NCBI GenBank assembly: GCA_963676565.1
Contig: OY781089.1
Span: 1,536,001 to 1,600,000 of the forward strand
Reading direction: 5' to 3'
DNA length: 64,000 bases
DNA from: Halarcobacter sp.
Lineage (GTDB): Bacteria; Campylobacterota; Campylobacteria; Campylobacterales; Arcobacteraceae
In this document: positions 39,573 to 50,971 of the stretch, piece after piece
How the letters are laid out: every line of letters starts with the position of its first letter
Position numbering within the stretch: position 1 is the first letter of the stretch
Made by a program: the position numbers and the translations under genes
The notes under the pieces: model-generated
Database searches by the model: none
Told to the model about the DNA's origin: nothing
What the model saw: only the letters and a program-made list of their open reading frames with translations

Positions 39573-40453
39573 TCTATTAATACTCCTTCACTTTTGATTA
39601 ATTTGTTTTTTTCATAGGATTTATTAATCTTTATAGCGTCATTATTTGCTAAAGAGATTATAATATATCCTAGTTTTTCCCTTTTAAATGAATATATAGA
39701 AAAATATGAAAATGCCTTGTTTTCATTTGTAAAATATCCATAATCATTTAGTTGATTTAAAACTTCACCTTCTAAAGGTTCTATCTCTTTATTTTTATCA
39801 TTTACTAAAGTATATTGACCTATTTTTGTATTTCTTTTTAGAGTATCTGCTATATTTAGAAACTTATTATTTAAAAGAATATATGTATCTAATCCCTCTT
39901 TTTTTAATTCTTGTTCTAAATACTCAAATCCAATAATAACCTCAATTGAGCCAATTATCTCATTGTTTTCAAGTAAAGGGGAGATAGCTTTTATATTTAA
40001 TCTTTTCCCTAATTCTATTGAAACAATAGGTTTTTTATCTTTGTGTGCTTTTACAATACCATGTCGAAAACTTTGAAGGGGAACATCTTTTATGGATAGA
40101 TTCCAACTTCGTAAATAAGTGCTTAAATCTTTGTTATGAATTTGTACGTCAATTTGGCTATTTTGTAGTTTTTTAAGAAGTTTGATTTTTCTATTAACAA
40201 CTTCAAAACTTTTCTCTCTATTTTTTTGTTTAAAACTATCTATTAACTCTTTATCTTGAGCCAAAATAATCGAAAGGGATAAAGCATATCTTTTTTGTTC
40301 TTCAAAGAGATATCTTGTGGTTGTCATAGCATTTTCTAAATTGTTTATAAGATTGTTGCTTTTATTTATCAAAGTTAATTTATAAAATAAAATTGATAAG
40401 ACTAGAGCAGTTATCACAAGTAAAATAAATACTGTTTTATTTAGTGTCTTCAA
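39569..40453 (-). CDS. Stand-alone membrane-anchored Cache-domain protein
   Basis: One N-terminal TM then H...YLRSW...FR......SIELG...IKAISP...IGSIEV; no cytoplasmic output domain. Confidence 0.75.
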   Translation of the reverse strand: MKTLNKTVFILLVITALVLSILFYKLTLINKSNNLINNLENAMTTTRYLFEEQKRYALSLSIILAQDKELIDSFKQKNREKSFEVVNRKIKLLKKLQNSQIDVQIHNKDLSTYLRSWNLSIKDVPLQSFRHGIVKAHKDKKPIVSIELGKRLNIKAISPLLENNEIIGSIEVIIGFEYLEQELKKEGLDTYILLNNKFLNIADTLKRNTKIGQYTLVNDKNKEIEPLEGEVLNQLNDYGYFTNENKAFSYFSIYSFKREKLGYIIISLANNDAIKINKSYEKNKLIKSEGVLIE

Positions 40454-40516
40454 GTATATATTCTCATTTTAATAGTTTGTGTGTTGAACTCTTATTGTAT
40501 CTTTTAAATACTTACT

Positions 40517-41218
40517 TTAGGATATTAAATATTTTTTATAAACAGCAAAGTAGTGAGGAACACTTGGAGTTTGCTTATCATCATAGGCTAAAAAACTTTG
40601 TTCTTCTAGTTTATCAATTGTTATAAATTCATTAAGTTCAGATTTTGCAAGTGGTTTTGGGATTTCATCTTCTTTTTCCCCTTCCTCTCTACTTCTACAA
40701 GAAACTAGAATATATCCATTTTTTGAAAGTAACGAACTCATTGAAGCCCTTGCCTTTTTTCTATATTCATTTGGTAAAACTTGAATTGTATTACATTCAT
40801 ATACTACATCAAAAGATTCAAACCACTCTTTTGGATAATTAAATAAATCAGCAACTACATAATTAACATTTGAGTTTGGATATCTATTTTTACATAGTTT
40901 AATGGCTGTTTGTGAGATATCAAAGGCTGTAACTTCAAAAGCAAAACTACTTAAAGCTTCAGCATCATCTCCCACGCCACAACCAATAACACAAGCTTTT
41001 TTATTTGGTTTTTTAACTATTTCTTTTTTTAACCACTCAATCAAAAAAGGGCTTGGTTCTAAATCAGCCCAAAATACTTTAGAAAAATCACCATTGGCAC
41101 TTTGATAAATATAATCAAACCAATCTAAAACTTTGTCTTGTTCGTGATATTCTTTTACCATTTGTTTATATTTTTCAAAATTAAATTGGTCTTTGTGTAA
41201 AAATTCTAAGTCTTTCAT
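40517..41218 (-). CDS. Class I SAM methyltransferase (TPMT/thiol methyltransferase-like)
   Basis: WADLEP.P.L..W, VIGCGVGDDA, AFDIS.TAI, ADLF, FDVVYE..TIQ.LP. Confidence 0.85.
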   Translation of the reverse strand: MKDLEFLHKDQFNFEKYKQMVKEYHEQDKVLDWFDYIYQSANGDFSKVFWADLEPSPFLIEWLKKEIVKKPNKKACVIGCGVGDDAEALSSFAFEVTAFDISQTAIKLCKNRYPNSNVNYVVADLFNYPKEWFESFDVVYECNTIQVLPNEYRKKARASMSSLLSKNGYILVSCRSREEGEKEDEIPKPLAKSELNEFITIDKLEEQSFLAYDDKQTPSVPHYFAVYKKYLIS

Positions 41219-42006
41219 TTTTTTATATTTGCCTCTAATCTGTTTGTATAGTATGAAATAGGGTAGGTTAAAAGTAAATATCCAATTGCTAGGGGGATAT
41301 AACTTTCTAAGGTTGAATAAGTATATGCATTTACCTCTTGAGCATTCATTGTAAATTCACTAATTGAAATTATTGATAAAAGAGATGAATCTTTTATGAT
41401 ACTTGCAAATTGTCCTGTTAAGGCTGGTAACATTCTTCTAAATGCTTGAGGGAAAATTATATATCTATACATTTGATAATTTGTCATTCCAAGACTCAAA
41501 GCCGTTTCATATTGTTCAAAATCTACTGATTCTATTGCGCCTCTTATAATCTCACTTACATATGCTCCTGCAAAAAGCGCTAAAATAACAGTTCCTACAA
41601 TATATCTATTATCAAAACCTAGATTATTTGCAAACACATAAAAGAATATTAAGATTTGAACTAAAAGTGGAGTTCCTCGAATCAATTCAATATAAAATCT
41701 TGAAAAAAATCTAAGAATTATAAGTTTTGAGTTTTGTGCATAGGCAAAAAATAAACCAATTATAAAACTTAGAATTAAAGCAAAAAACGAGATGACAATG
41801 GTCATTAAAAAACCATCAATAAATTTTTGTCTATATTCGTATACACTATCCCAGTTAAAATTGTACGAAACATTTTTAAACATAAAATAAAATGTAATAA
41901 TTATTAAAGCGACAAGAAAAATAAAATTGAAAAAATAGACAAATTTTGAAGTTTGTCTATTTTTTTTTAATCCTAATTCATGGATAAATAAATCTTTTAA
42001 TTTAAT
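41215..42006 (-). CDS. Polar amino acid ABC permease (probable ATT start at 42006; first ATG at 41883)
   Basis: ELIRGTPLLVQ, AY.SEIIRG, IIFPQA, IKDSSL; 41 open codons with a TM helix lie upstream of the ATG. Confidence 0.9.
   Translation of the reverse strand: MKLKDLFIHELGLKKNRQTSKFVYFFNFIFLVALIIITFYFMFKNVSYNFNWDSVYEYRQKFIDGFLMTIVISFFALILSFIIGLFFAYAQNSKLIILRFFSRFYIELIRGTPLLVQILIFFYVFANNLGFDNRYIVGTVILALFAGAYVSEIIRGAIESVDFEQYETALSLGMTNYQMYRYIIFPQAFRRMLPALTGQFASIIKDSSLLSIISISEFTMNAQEVNAYTYSTLESYIPLAIGYLLLTYPISYYTNRLEANIKK
41930..41965 (-). terminator. Stem-loop followed by a U-tract downstream of the substrate-binding protein gene
   Basis: AAAAAATAGACAAA-N8-TTTGTCTATTTTTT. Confidence 0.6.
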
Positions 42007-42015
42007 AGTTTTTTC

Positions 42016-42837
42016 CTAGAAGAAAAATGGGATACCAAGTTCATCAAATGTTTTCTTAGCATCAGTTAAATATTTATTTGCAAATGTATCAAATGTTCCA
42101 TCCTCTTTTGCCTTTTTGATAAAGGCATTTACCTCTTCTTTTAGTGGATCATTTTGTTTTAAAGCAACTCCCCAGTACTCAAAATCTTTTTGGAAAGATT
42201 GTAATAACGGAACTGTTGTATCCATGTTTTTTGCATAGTTTTTATAAATTGTTAATTGGTCATAAATAAATCCATCAGCTTTACCTTGAACAACTTCAAG
42301 AACACAAGCTGCTTCTTTATCAAAAACTAAAATTTCAGCATTTGGTAAATTGTCTTTTGCATAGATGTGTCCAGTTGAACCTTTTTTTACTGCAACTTTT
42401 TTACCTTCAACATTTAAATCATTTATTGAATTTATACCAGAGTTTTTATTTGCTAAAATTGCTAATGAAGATTGTGCATAAGGAATAGAAAAATCAATTG
42501 ATTTTTTTCTTTCTTCTGTAATTGTCATAGAAGAGATTATTAAATCAACTTTTCCAGTTTTTAGTGATGGAATAAGTCCATCCCAAGCAATATTTTCTAT
42601 TACAACTTCTCTACCTAGATATTTACCTAAAGCTTTAGCAAAGTCAACTGAAACTCCAGAAGGGTTTCCATCTTTATCACTCATCTCAAAAGGTGGATAA
42701 GCTAATTCCATACCAACTTTTAAAACCTTTTTTTGAGGTTCCGCTTGTGTTTTTACGTCCTCTTTCTTTTTTTCACCACATCCCACTAAAAAAAGTGCTA
42801 AAATAGATGATAATACTACTAATAATAACTTCTTCAT
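42016..42837 (-). CDS. Polar amino acid ABC substrate-binding lipoprotein
   Basis: Lipobox LVGC; YPPFE, WDGLIPSL.TGKVD.IISSMTITEER, KGSTG. Confidence 0.94.
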   Translation of the reverse strand: MKKLLLVVLSSILALFLVGCGEKKKEDVKTQAEPQKKVLKVGMELAYPPFEMSDKDGNPSGVSVDFAKALGKYLGREVVIENIAWDGLIPSLKTGKVDLIISSMTITEERKKSIDFSIPYAQSSLAILANKNSGINSINDLNVEGKKVAVKKGSTGHIYAKDNLPNAEILVFDKEAACVLEVVQGKADGFIYDQLTIYKNYAKNMDTTVPLLQSFQKDFEYWGVALKQNDPLKEEVNAFIKKAKEDGTFDTFANKYLTDAKKTFDELGIPFFF

Positions 42838-42994
42838 AGATTTCCTTTATAAAAAATATAACATTATTATTCCATAATAAACTTACTGTAAAATTAGATA
42901 TAATTTTCATAAGTATAAAATTTATGTTATTTTTTGAATCTAGATTTAGTTAGAATTTGTAATAATTTTAAAATCCATAAGTAAAGAGTATATA

Positions 42995-43756
42995 TTGTTT
43001 CTAAAACTTTTAGAAAATACTGGAGATAAAACAATCCTATCTTTTAAAGAGGGTTTTAGTTTTATTTTCTTCATATTTGAGTCTATTTTAAATATTTTAA
43101 ACCCTTTTAGTTACAATAAAACTATGTTTAAAAATCTTATTTTGGAGATTTATGAAAGCAGTATAAGAAGATTTCTTTCTTTTCTTTTTTTAGCTGTAGT
43201 ATTAGGCTCTATTTTGATTTTGATTGCAATTATATTTGCAATGAAATTTAATTTGGTTGAACAAATTGGAGTTATACTAATCTCTTTTATAGTGAATGAA
43301 TTCTCCCCAATATTTACAACTTTATTTTTTATTATTGTTTATGGATTAAGTATACAAGAGAAAATAAAATTTGAGAATTTAGAAGATAAGAAAGATATTG
43401 CTAACTTGTATAATGCAAAACTTATAAATTGTATTTTTTTAGTACCCTTAATGTCCTTTTTATTTGCAACTTTGATGATTTTAAGTGCTTGTGTTGTTTC
43501 AATATTTTTTTTAGATTTAAATCTAGAAACATATAAAAATATGATTATAAACTCAATTACTTTAGAAAACATATTTATATTACTTATCAAATCTTCAATA
43601 TCAAGTTTTTTAACAATGCTAGTACCTATTTTTTATGCAAATAAATTAAGACAATACAACAAAAATATAAATGTTGCTTCTAGTTTAAAAATTTTTATTA
43701 TAATGTTAATAATACTTTTAAGTATTGAATTAGCATCAATTTTGATTGTCTATTAA
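42995..43756 (+). CDS. MlaE-like ABC permease (divergent)
   Basis: Multi-TM protein; IVNEFSP resembles the MlaE RELGP motif; next to an MCE gene. Confidence 0.7.
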   Translation: MFLKLLENTGDKTILSFKEGFSFIFFIFESILNILNPFSYNKTMFKNLILEIYESSIRRFLSFLFLAVVLGSILILIAIIFAMKFNLVEQIGVILISFIVNEFSPIFTTLFFIIVYGLSIQEKIKFENLEDKKDIANLYNAKLINCIFLVPLMSFLFATLMILSACVVSIFFLDLNLETYKNMIINSITLENIFILLIKSSISSFLTMLVPIFYANKLRQYNKNINVASSLKIFIIMLIILLSIELASILIVY

Positions 43757-43767
43757 GGTTAAAATCT

Positions 43768-44682
43768 ATGGAACACAATAAAACTAAAGTTAGAGTTGGA
43801 ATATTTGTATTTGTTTTATTTTTAAATTTTATTGCTGCAATTGTTTATATTGTTTTAGAAAAAGGTCTTTTAGAAAAAAAATATTCTTATACTTTCAATA
43901 CATATAGTGCAGAGTCTTTTTTCGTTGGGATGCCTATAAAAGTTTCTGGATTTACAATAGGAAAACTAGATTCAATTGAATTATTAGATAATGGAACTGT
44001 AGATTTTGTTTTTAGTGTTAATGAAAAAAATCAAAAATGGATTAGCCAAGGAAGTTTATTGATGCTAAAAAAACCACTATTAGGTTCTTCTCATATTATT
44101 CTTTATTCAGCTATTGGAAATTCAATTTTACAAGATGGTTCAAAACTTGAAGTTATTATAAGCAATGATATTGACGATTTAGTTTTAAAGTTAAATCCTG
44201 TTGTTACCAAATTAGAAAATATAGTAAATTCAGTTGACAAAATAACAACTTACTTAGCAAAAGATGATTCAGAGTTGATGAAGATTGTTAAAAATATAGA
44301 ACAATTTACTTCGCTTTTAATTGAAAATAAATCTTTACTAACAACAATAACAGGGAATGAAAAAGCAACAAATTCTTTAATAAATAGTATGGAAAAGTTA
44401 CCAAATTTAATGAATAATATCAATAAAATAAGTTCTAATGTTGATAATCAAATTCTTCCTGAAGTTACAAAATTTATAAAAGAATTGAGTGAAATTGCAA
44501 GGGATATTGAAAATAAATTAAAAAAACTTGATGGTGTTGTTAACTCTGTTGGTTCATATGATAAAGATTTATTACAAATAAAAGATGGAATTAAAACAGG
44601 GATATTAAAATCAAATGAGATTATTGAAAAAGTTGATAATCTTTTTCAAAGCAAAACAGATGAAAAGGTTATTTTACCATGA
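43768..44682 (+). CDS. MlaD/MCE family protein
   Basis: KVRVGIFV anchor, G.PIK.SGF.IG.L, long helical C-terminus. Confidence 0.88.
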   Translation: MEHNKTKVRVGIFVFVLFLNFIAAIVYIVLEKGLLEKKYSYTFNTYSAESFFVGMPIKVSGFTIGKLDSIELLDNGTVDFVFSVNEKNQKWISQGSLLMLKKPLLGSSHIILYSAIGNSILQDGSKLEVIISNDIDDLVLKLNPVVTKLENIVNSVDKITTYLAKDDSELMKIVKNIEQFTSLLIENKSLLTTITGNEKATNSLINSMEKLPNLMNNINKISSNVDNQILPEVTKFIKELSEIARDIENKLKKLDGVVNSVGSYDKDLLQIKDGIKTGILKSNEIIEKVDNLFQSKTDEKVILP

Positions 44683-45332
44683 TGTTTAAAACTATTATTT
44701 TTTCTAGTATATTAATTGTCTTTGCTGGATGTTCTTTTAAAACTACACCAAACCAATGGGAATATGATAGTGCAAAGGCTTATAAATCTTATACAAAAAA
44801 CTTTTTGACAAATAAACAAACTCTTGCAAAAAGTGATTTAGAAAAAGCAATCAATTATGCAAAACAAAGTGCAGATCTAAATCAACTTGCAAAAATATAT
44901 TTAGGTAAGTGTGCATTAGATATTAGTGTTGGAGTAAATTCAACTTGTGAAGACTATCAAGATATTAGAAAATTAGTAGACAATAAAAAATTAGATATAT
45001 ATTTTTCATTGCTTCAAAAAAAACTTAAAAAAGAAGATTTAAATTTTTTACCAAAACAGTATGAAAAATTTTATCAATACTACTTAGATGAAAAGATTGT
45101 TAAATCATTTGATTATATGTTTAATGTTGAAAATATCACTTCTTTATTTATAGTTTCTAGTTTACATAAAGATAAATTATCTAAAATACAAATTAACAAA
45201 CTTATCGATAAAGCCTCATTTTATGGTTACAAAAGAGTTGTTCTTTATTGGCTAAATAATTTATATGAAAAAGAAGAAAATAAAATAAAAAAAGATTTGA
45301 TTTTAGAAAAAATAAATATCTTAAAATCTTAA
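44679..45332 (+). CDS. Hypothetical lipoprotein
   Basis: Lipobox FAGC; 4-bp overlap with the MCE gene. Confidence 0.75.
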   Translation: MMFKTIIFSSILIVFAGCSFKTTPNQWEYDSAKAYKSYTKNFLTNKQTLAKSDLEKAINYAKQSADLNQLAKIYLGKCALDISVGVNSTCEDYQDIRKLVDNKKLDIYFSLLQKKLKKEDLNFLPKQYEKFYQYYLDEKIVKSFDYMFNVENITSLFIVSSLHKDKLSKIQINKLIDKASFYGYKRVVLYWLNNLYEKEENKIKKDLILEKINILKS

Positions 45333-45349
45333 AAAAAGCTAATTTATTT

Positions 45350-46662
<1,313 letters not shown>

Positions 46663-46686
46663 GAAAAAAAGATAAGGAAATAAAAA

Positions 46687-47667
46687 ATGGCTAAAAATGA
46701 TTTAATTACCGGTTCAATTTGGGATGAATACTCAAATCAAGTTATTAGAAGAATGGATGACCCAACTCATCAAGGTGAAATTACTGAAGAGCAAGCAAAA
46801 GAGATGGGTGGAAAACTAATTGTTGCTGATTTTGGTGCAGAATCATGTGGAGATGCAGTAAGACTTTACTGGTGTGTAAACCCAGAAACTGATGTGATTT
46901 TAGATTCAAAATTTAAATCTTTTGGTTGTGGTACAGCTATTGCTTCATCTGATGCTATGGCAGAACTTTGTGTTGGAAAAAAAGTTCAAGATGCAGTAAA
47001 GATTACAAATATTGATGTTGAAAAAGCGCTTAGAGATCATCCAGATGTTCCTGCAGTTCCACCACAAAAAATGCACTGCTCAGTTATGGCATATGATGTA
47101 ATTAAAAAAGCAGCTGGAACTTATCTTAATGTTGATATGGAATCTTTCGAAGAAGAGCAAATCATCTGTGAATGTGCAAGGGTAACATTAGGTACTTTAC
47201 AAGAAGTTATTAGAATCAATGACCTTAAAACAGTTGAACAAATTACAGATTTTACAAAAGCTGGAGCATTTTGTAAATCATGTATTAAACCAGGTGGACA
47301 CGAAGAAAAAGATATCTATTTAGTTGATATTTTATCTGATGTTAGGGCACAAATGGAACAAGAAAAATTAAAAGCAGCTGCTGATACAACTGAATCAGGT
47401 GAAAACTCATTTGATAAAATGACTATTGTTCAAAGAATTAAAGTTATTGATACGGTTTTAGATACTGATATTAGACCAATGCTTATGATGGATGGTGGTA
47501 ATATGGAGATTATTGATATTAAAGATAATATGCCTCACTACGATTTATATATTAGATATTTAGGTGCATGTAATGGTTGTGCATCAGGAGATACTGGAAC
47601 ATTATACGCTATTGAATCAGTACTTAAACAAAAAGTTGATGAGAATATTAGAGTATTACCAATTTAA
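46687..47667 (+). CDS. nifU: Fe-S scaffold NifU
   Basis: CGD/FGCG/KMHCS (IscU domain), CEC...CKSC, DGG...GACNGC (Nfu domain). Confidence 0.96.
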   Translation: MAKNDLITGSIWDEYSNQVIRRMDDPTHQGEITEEQAKEMGGKLIVADFGAESCGDAVRLYWCVNPETDVILDSKFKSFGCGTAIASSDAMAELCVGKKVQDAVKITNIDVEKALRDHPDVPAVPPQKMHCSVMAYDVIKKAAGTYLNVDMESFEEEQIICECARVTLGTLQEVIRINDLKTVEQITDFTKAGAFCKSCIKPGGHEEKDIYLVDILSDVRAQMEQEKLKAAADTTESGENSFDKMTIVQRIKVIDTVLDTDIRPMLMMDGGNMEIIDIKDNMPHYDLYIRYLGACNGCASGDTGTLYAIESVLKQKVDENIRVLPI

Positions 47668-47704
47668 TAATTTTTTCCTTAAAATTATAATCTAAATAAC
47701 TTTT

Positions 47705-47732
47705 AGCCCAAGCCCTAAAACTTGGGCTTTTT
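47705..47732 (+). terminator. Intrinsic terminator after nifU
   Basis: AGCCCAAG-N8-CTTGGGCT-TTTT. Confidence 0.85.
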
Positions 47733-47852
47733 AGATTTTAAACTTAATTATTTTTAAGAATTGTCTCTCAAGTAACTCATTAACAAAAAAACAAAATATT
47801 TCCTAAAGCTTTAAAAGTGTACTATTTAAAAATAATTTTTTAGGAGAAAAGT

Positions 47853-49430
47853 ATGTTTGGTTTTGGCAAAAACGAAGAAGAGGCAGCACGATTAAGTGCA
47901 ATGGAAGAAAATTATGCAATTATTTCTTTTAAACCTGATGGAACAATTATCCACGCAAATAATAACTTTCTAAATGCTTTAGGTTACAGCTTATCAGAGG
48001 TAGTTGGAAAAAAACATAGAATATTTTGTGAGAGTAGTTATGTAAATTCAGCAGAATATGAAAAGTTTTGGAAAGATTTAAATAGTGGAAAATCAAATAT
48101 TGATGAATTTGAAAGAATTAGAAAAGATGGAACTTCTGTTTGGATTCAAGCTTCATATACTCCTGTTAAAGATAAAAGTGGAAAAGTTACAAGGGTTGTT
48201 AAATTTGCTCAAGATATAACTTCTTCTAAAATGGTAATTGATGCTGTTAATAAAGCAATTGATTTGGCAAAAACAGGAATTTTTAAACAACAAATAAAAG
48301 AAACAACAGATAATGAAGGTGTAGAAGAACTTAAAAATGGCGTTAATGATTTATTTGAAATTGTATCATCAAAAGTTGATGGTGATTTAAATAAAGTAAC
48401 TTTTGCATTATCACGTTATCAAAGCTTAGATTTTACCCATAAAATCCCTGGAAATGATATTGGTGAGACAGCAAAAGGTTTAAATTCTTTAGCTGAAGTT
48501 ATTACGAAAATGCTTCTTGAAAATAAAATAAATGGTTTAACCTTAGATGAAAGTTCAAATATTTTACTTAAAAATGTAGATTCATTAAATATTAATTCAA
48601 ATGAAGCAGCAGCCTCTTTAGAAGAAACCGCAGCAGCTTTAGAAGAAATCACTAGTAATATCTCATCAAATACAAATAATATTGTACATATGGCAGGATT
48701 TGCTAATCAAGTTACTGCCTCAGCTACTGAAGGTAAAAATTTAGCACAACAAACAACTACTGCCATGACAGAAATTGATGATGAGGTTAATGCAATTAAC
48801 GAAGCAATTACAGTAATTGACCAAATTGCTTTCCAAACAAATATTCTTTCACTAAATGCAGCAGTTGAAGCAGCAACAGCAGGAGAAGCTGGAAAAGGAT
48901 TTGCGGTTGTAGCACAAGAAGTAAGAAACCTTGCAAGTAGAAGTGCAGAAGCAGCAAAAGAGATTAAAAACTTAGTTGAAAATGCAACAAATAAAGCTAA
49001 TAATGGTAAATTAATTTCAGATAAAATGATTCAAGGTTACAATGAATTAAGTGACAATATTGCAAAAACAATTGAATTGATTTCTGATATTGAAGGTGCT
49101 TCAAAAGAGCAGTTATCTGGAATTGAACAAATAAATGATGCAATTAATAGTCTTGATCAACAAACTCAATTAAATGCATCGATTGCAAATGAAGCCCACG
49201 ATGTAGCAGTTCAAACTGATGAGATTGCTAAATTAATTGTAAGAAATGCAGATGAAAAACAATTTGATGGTAAAGAGAGTGCAAAAGCAAAAACAATAAA
49301 TAGAAAATCTTCTGCAGCAGTTCAAAGCTCTAAACAAGTTAATCAATCAAAACCCCTTAATCAAACTCAATCTAAACCTAATAAAATAGTGAGTAATCAA
49401 CCAGATACAGATGAATGGGAAAGCTTTTAA
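47853..49430 (+). CDS. Soluble PAS-domain methyl-accepting chemotaxis protein
   Basis: PAS (ANNNFL..LGY...[11 protein letters not shown]...WIQASY.PV), [17 protein letters not shown], no TM, C-terminal EWESF. Confidence 0.95.
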   Translation: MFGFGKNEEEAARLSAMEENYAIISFKPDGTIIHANNNFLNALGYSLSEVVGKKHRIFCESSYVNSAEYEKFWKDLNSGKSNIDEFERIRKDGTSVWIQASYTPVKDKSGKVTRVVKFAQDITSSKMVIDAVNKAIDLAKTGIFKQQIKETTDNEGVEELKNGVNDLFEIVSSKVDGDLNKVTFALSRYQSLDFTHKIPGNDIGETAKGLNSLAEVITKMLLENKINGLTLDESSNILLKNVDSLNINSNEAAASLEETAAALEEITSNISSNTNNIVHMAGFANQVTASATEGKNLAQQTTTAMTEIDDEVNAINEAITVIDQIAFQTNILSLNAAVEAATAGEAGKGFAVVAQEVRNLASRSAEAAKEIKNLVENATNKANNGKLISDKMIQGYNELSDNIAKTIELISDIEGASKEQLSGIEQINDAINSLDQQTQLNASIANEAHDVAVQTDEIAKLIVRNADEKQFDGKESAKAKTINRKSSAAVQSSKQVNQSKPLNQTQSKPNKIVSNQPDTDEWESF

Positions 49431-49453
49431 AACAAAATATAATCTACTAAAAC

Positions 49454-49487
49454 TTGCGTATTATATAGCTTCTGATATAATACGCAA
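49454..49487. promoter_or_regulatory. 13-bp inverted repeat forming the argH promoter
   Basis: TTGCGTATTATAT-N8-ATATAATACGCAA; contains TTGCGT-16-TATAAT on both strands. Confidence 0.65.
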
Positions 49488-49531
49488 AATCTATTTTTAT
49501 AATACTACATTTACAAATTTAAGGACAATAT

Positions 49532-50914
49532 ATGTCAAATGACCAAATATTAAAAAATACAAATGCACAAATATTAGATGAGTTTAATGCTTCAATTATG
49601 TTTGATAAAGAGTTATATGCTCAAGATATTAAAGGTTCAATTGCGCACTCACAAATGTTATGTGAACAAGGGGTTCTTTCAAAGGATGAACAAGAAGCTA
49701 TTGAAACAGGACTTTTACAAGTAAAAGAAGAGATTGAATCGGGTAAATTTGAATTTACTCTTGAAACTGAAGATATCCATATGGCAGTTGAAAGTAGACT
49801 TACTGAAATAATTGGAGAACCAGGAAAAAAGCTTCATACAGCAAGAAGTAGAAATGATCAAGTTGCAACTGATTTTAGATTATATGTTCAAGAGAAAAGT
49901 TTGAGTATTAAATCACAACTAAAAGAGTTAATAAAAGTATTTGTCGAAGTTGCTAATAAACATACTACAACATTGATTCCAGGTATGACACATTTACAAC
50001 ATGCACAACCTTTAAATTTTGGATATCATCTATTAGCTTATGCAAATATGTTTAAGAGAGATTATGAAAGATTTGAAAGTTCATATGAAAGAAATAATTA
50101 TTCACCTTTAGGAAGTGCAGCATTAGCTGGAACTCCACATAATATAAATAGAGAATCAACATCACAAAAATTAGGTTTTAACTCTCCTACAACACATGCT
50201 ATGGATACAGTTTCAGATAGAGACTTCGCCTTAGAAATTTTATTTAATATAAGTACTTCTATGATGCATATAAGTAGAATTTCTGAAGAGTTAGTAACAT
50301 GGTCATCATATGAGTTCCAATTTGTAAGAATGAGTGATGAGTATGCTACAACAAGCTCAATAATGCCACAAAAGAAAAACCCTGATGTACCAGAATTACT
50401 TAGGGGAAAAACAGGAAGAGTCTATGGAAATTTAATTTCACTTCTTACTGTAATGAAAGGTTTACCATTAGCTTATAACAAAGATACTCAAGAAGATAAA
50501 GAGGGTGTTTTTGATTCAGTTAAAACAATTGAAATCTCACTTTCAATTTTAACAGAAGTTATTAGAACTATGATTGTAAATGTAGATAAAATGGAAAATG
50601 CTTGTAAAATAGGGCATTTAACAGCAACAGATTTAGCAGACTTTTTAGTGCAAAAACAAAATATGCCATTTAGAACAGCTTATTATATTACAAAAGATGT
50701 AGTTACAAAAGCAAACTCTTTAAATAAAGATATAAGTGAGCTTACAATAGATGAGATTAGAAGTGCAAATGAAGAATTAAAAGATGTAAGCGATGAACTT
50801 GTAATGTATCTAGATTTAAGAAACTCAATGAATGCAAGAAACTCTTTTGGAGGGACATCAACACTTCAAACTGTTGAGCAAATTAAAGTTTTTGAAGAAT
50901 GGTTAAATAACTAA
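49532..50914 (+). CDS. argH: Argininosuccinate lyase
   Basis: [46 protein letters not shown]. Confidence 0.98.
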   Translation: MSNDQILKNTNAQILDEFNASIMFDKELYAQDIKGSIAHSQMLCEQGVLSKDEQEAIETGLLQVKEEIESGKFEFTLETEDIHMAVESRLTEIIGEPGKKLHTARSRNDQVATDFRLYVQEKSLSIKSQLKELIKVFVEVANKHTTTLIPGMTHLQHAQPLNFGYHLLAYANMFKRDYERFESSYERNNYSPLGSAALAGTPHNINRESTSQKLGFNSPTTHAMDTVSDRDFALEILFNISTSMMHISRISEELVTWSSYEFQFVRMSDEYATTSSIMPQKKNPDVPELLRGKTGRVYGNLISLLTVMKGLPLAYNKDTQEDKEGVFDSVKTIEISLSILTEVIRTMIVNVDKMENACKIGHLTATDLADFLVQKQNMPFRTAYYITKDVVTKANSLNKDISELTIDEIRSANEELKDVSDELVMYLDLRNSMNARNSFGGTSTLQTVEQIKVFEEWLNN

Positions 50915-50933
50915 GAAATTTTAAAAAAAGAGG

Positions 50934-50970
50934 ATAAAAATAGATGAAATCTCATCTATTTTTATTTTTT
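50934..50970. terminator. Bidirectional terminator between argH and cheV
   Basis: ATAAAAATAGATGA-AATC-TCATCTATTTTTAT, 14-bp stem. Confidence 0.8.
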
Positions 50971-50971
50971 A

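Noticed and set aside
42013..42018. Amber read-through fusing the binding protein to the permease (same frame)
   Set aside because: The basic segment before the first TM should be cytoplasmic, which conflicts with a periplasmic lipoprotein fusion; an SD plus ATT start is simpler.
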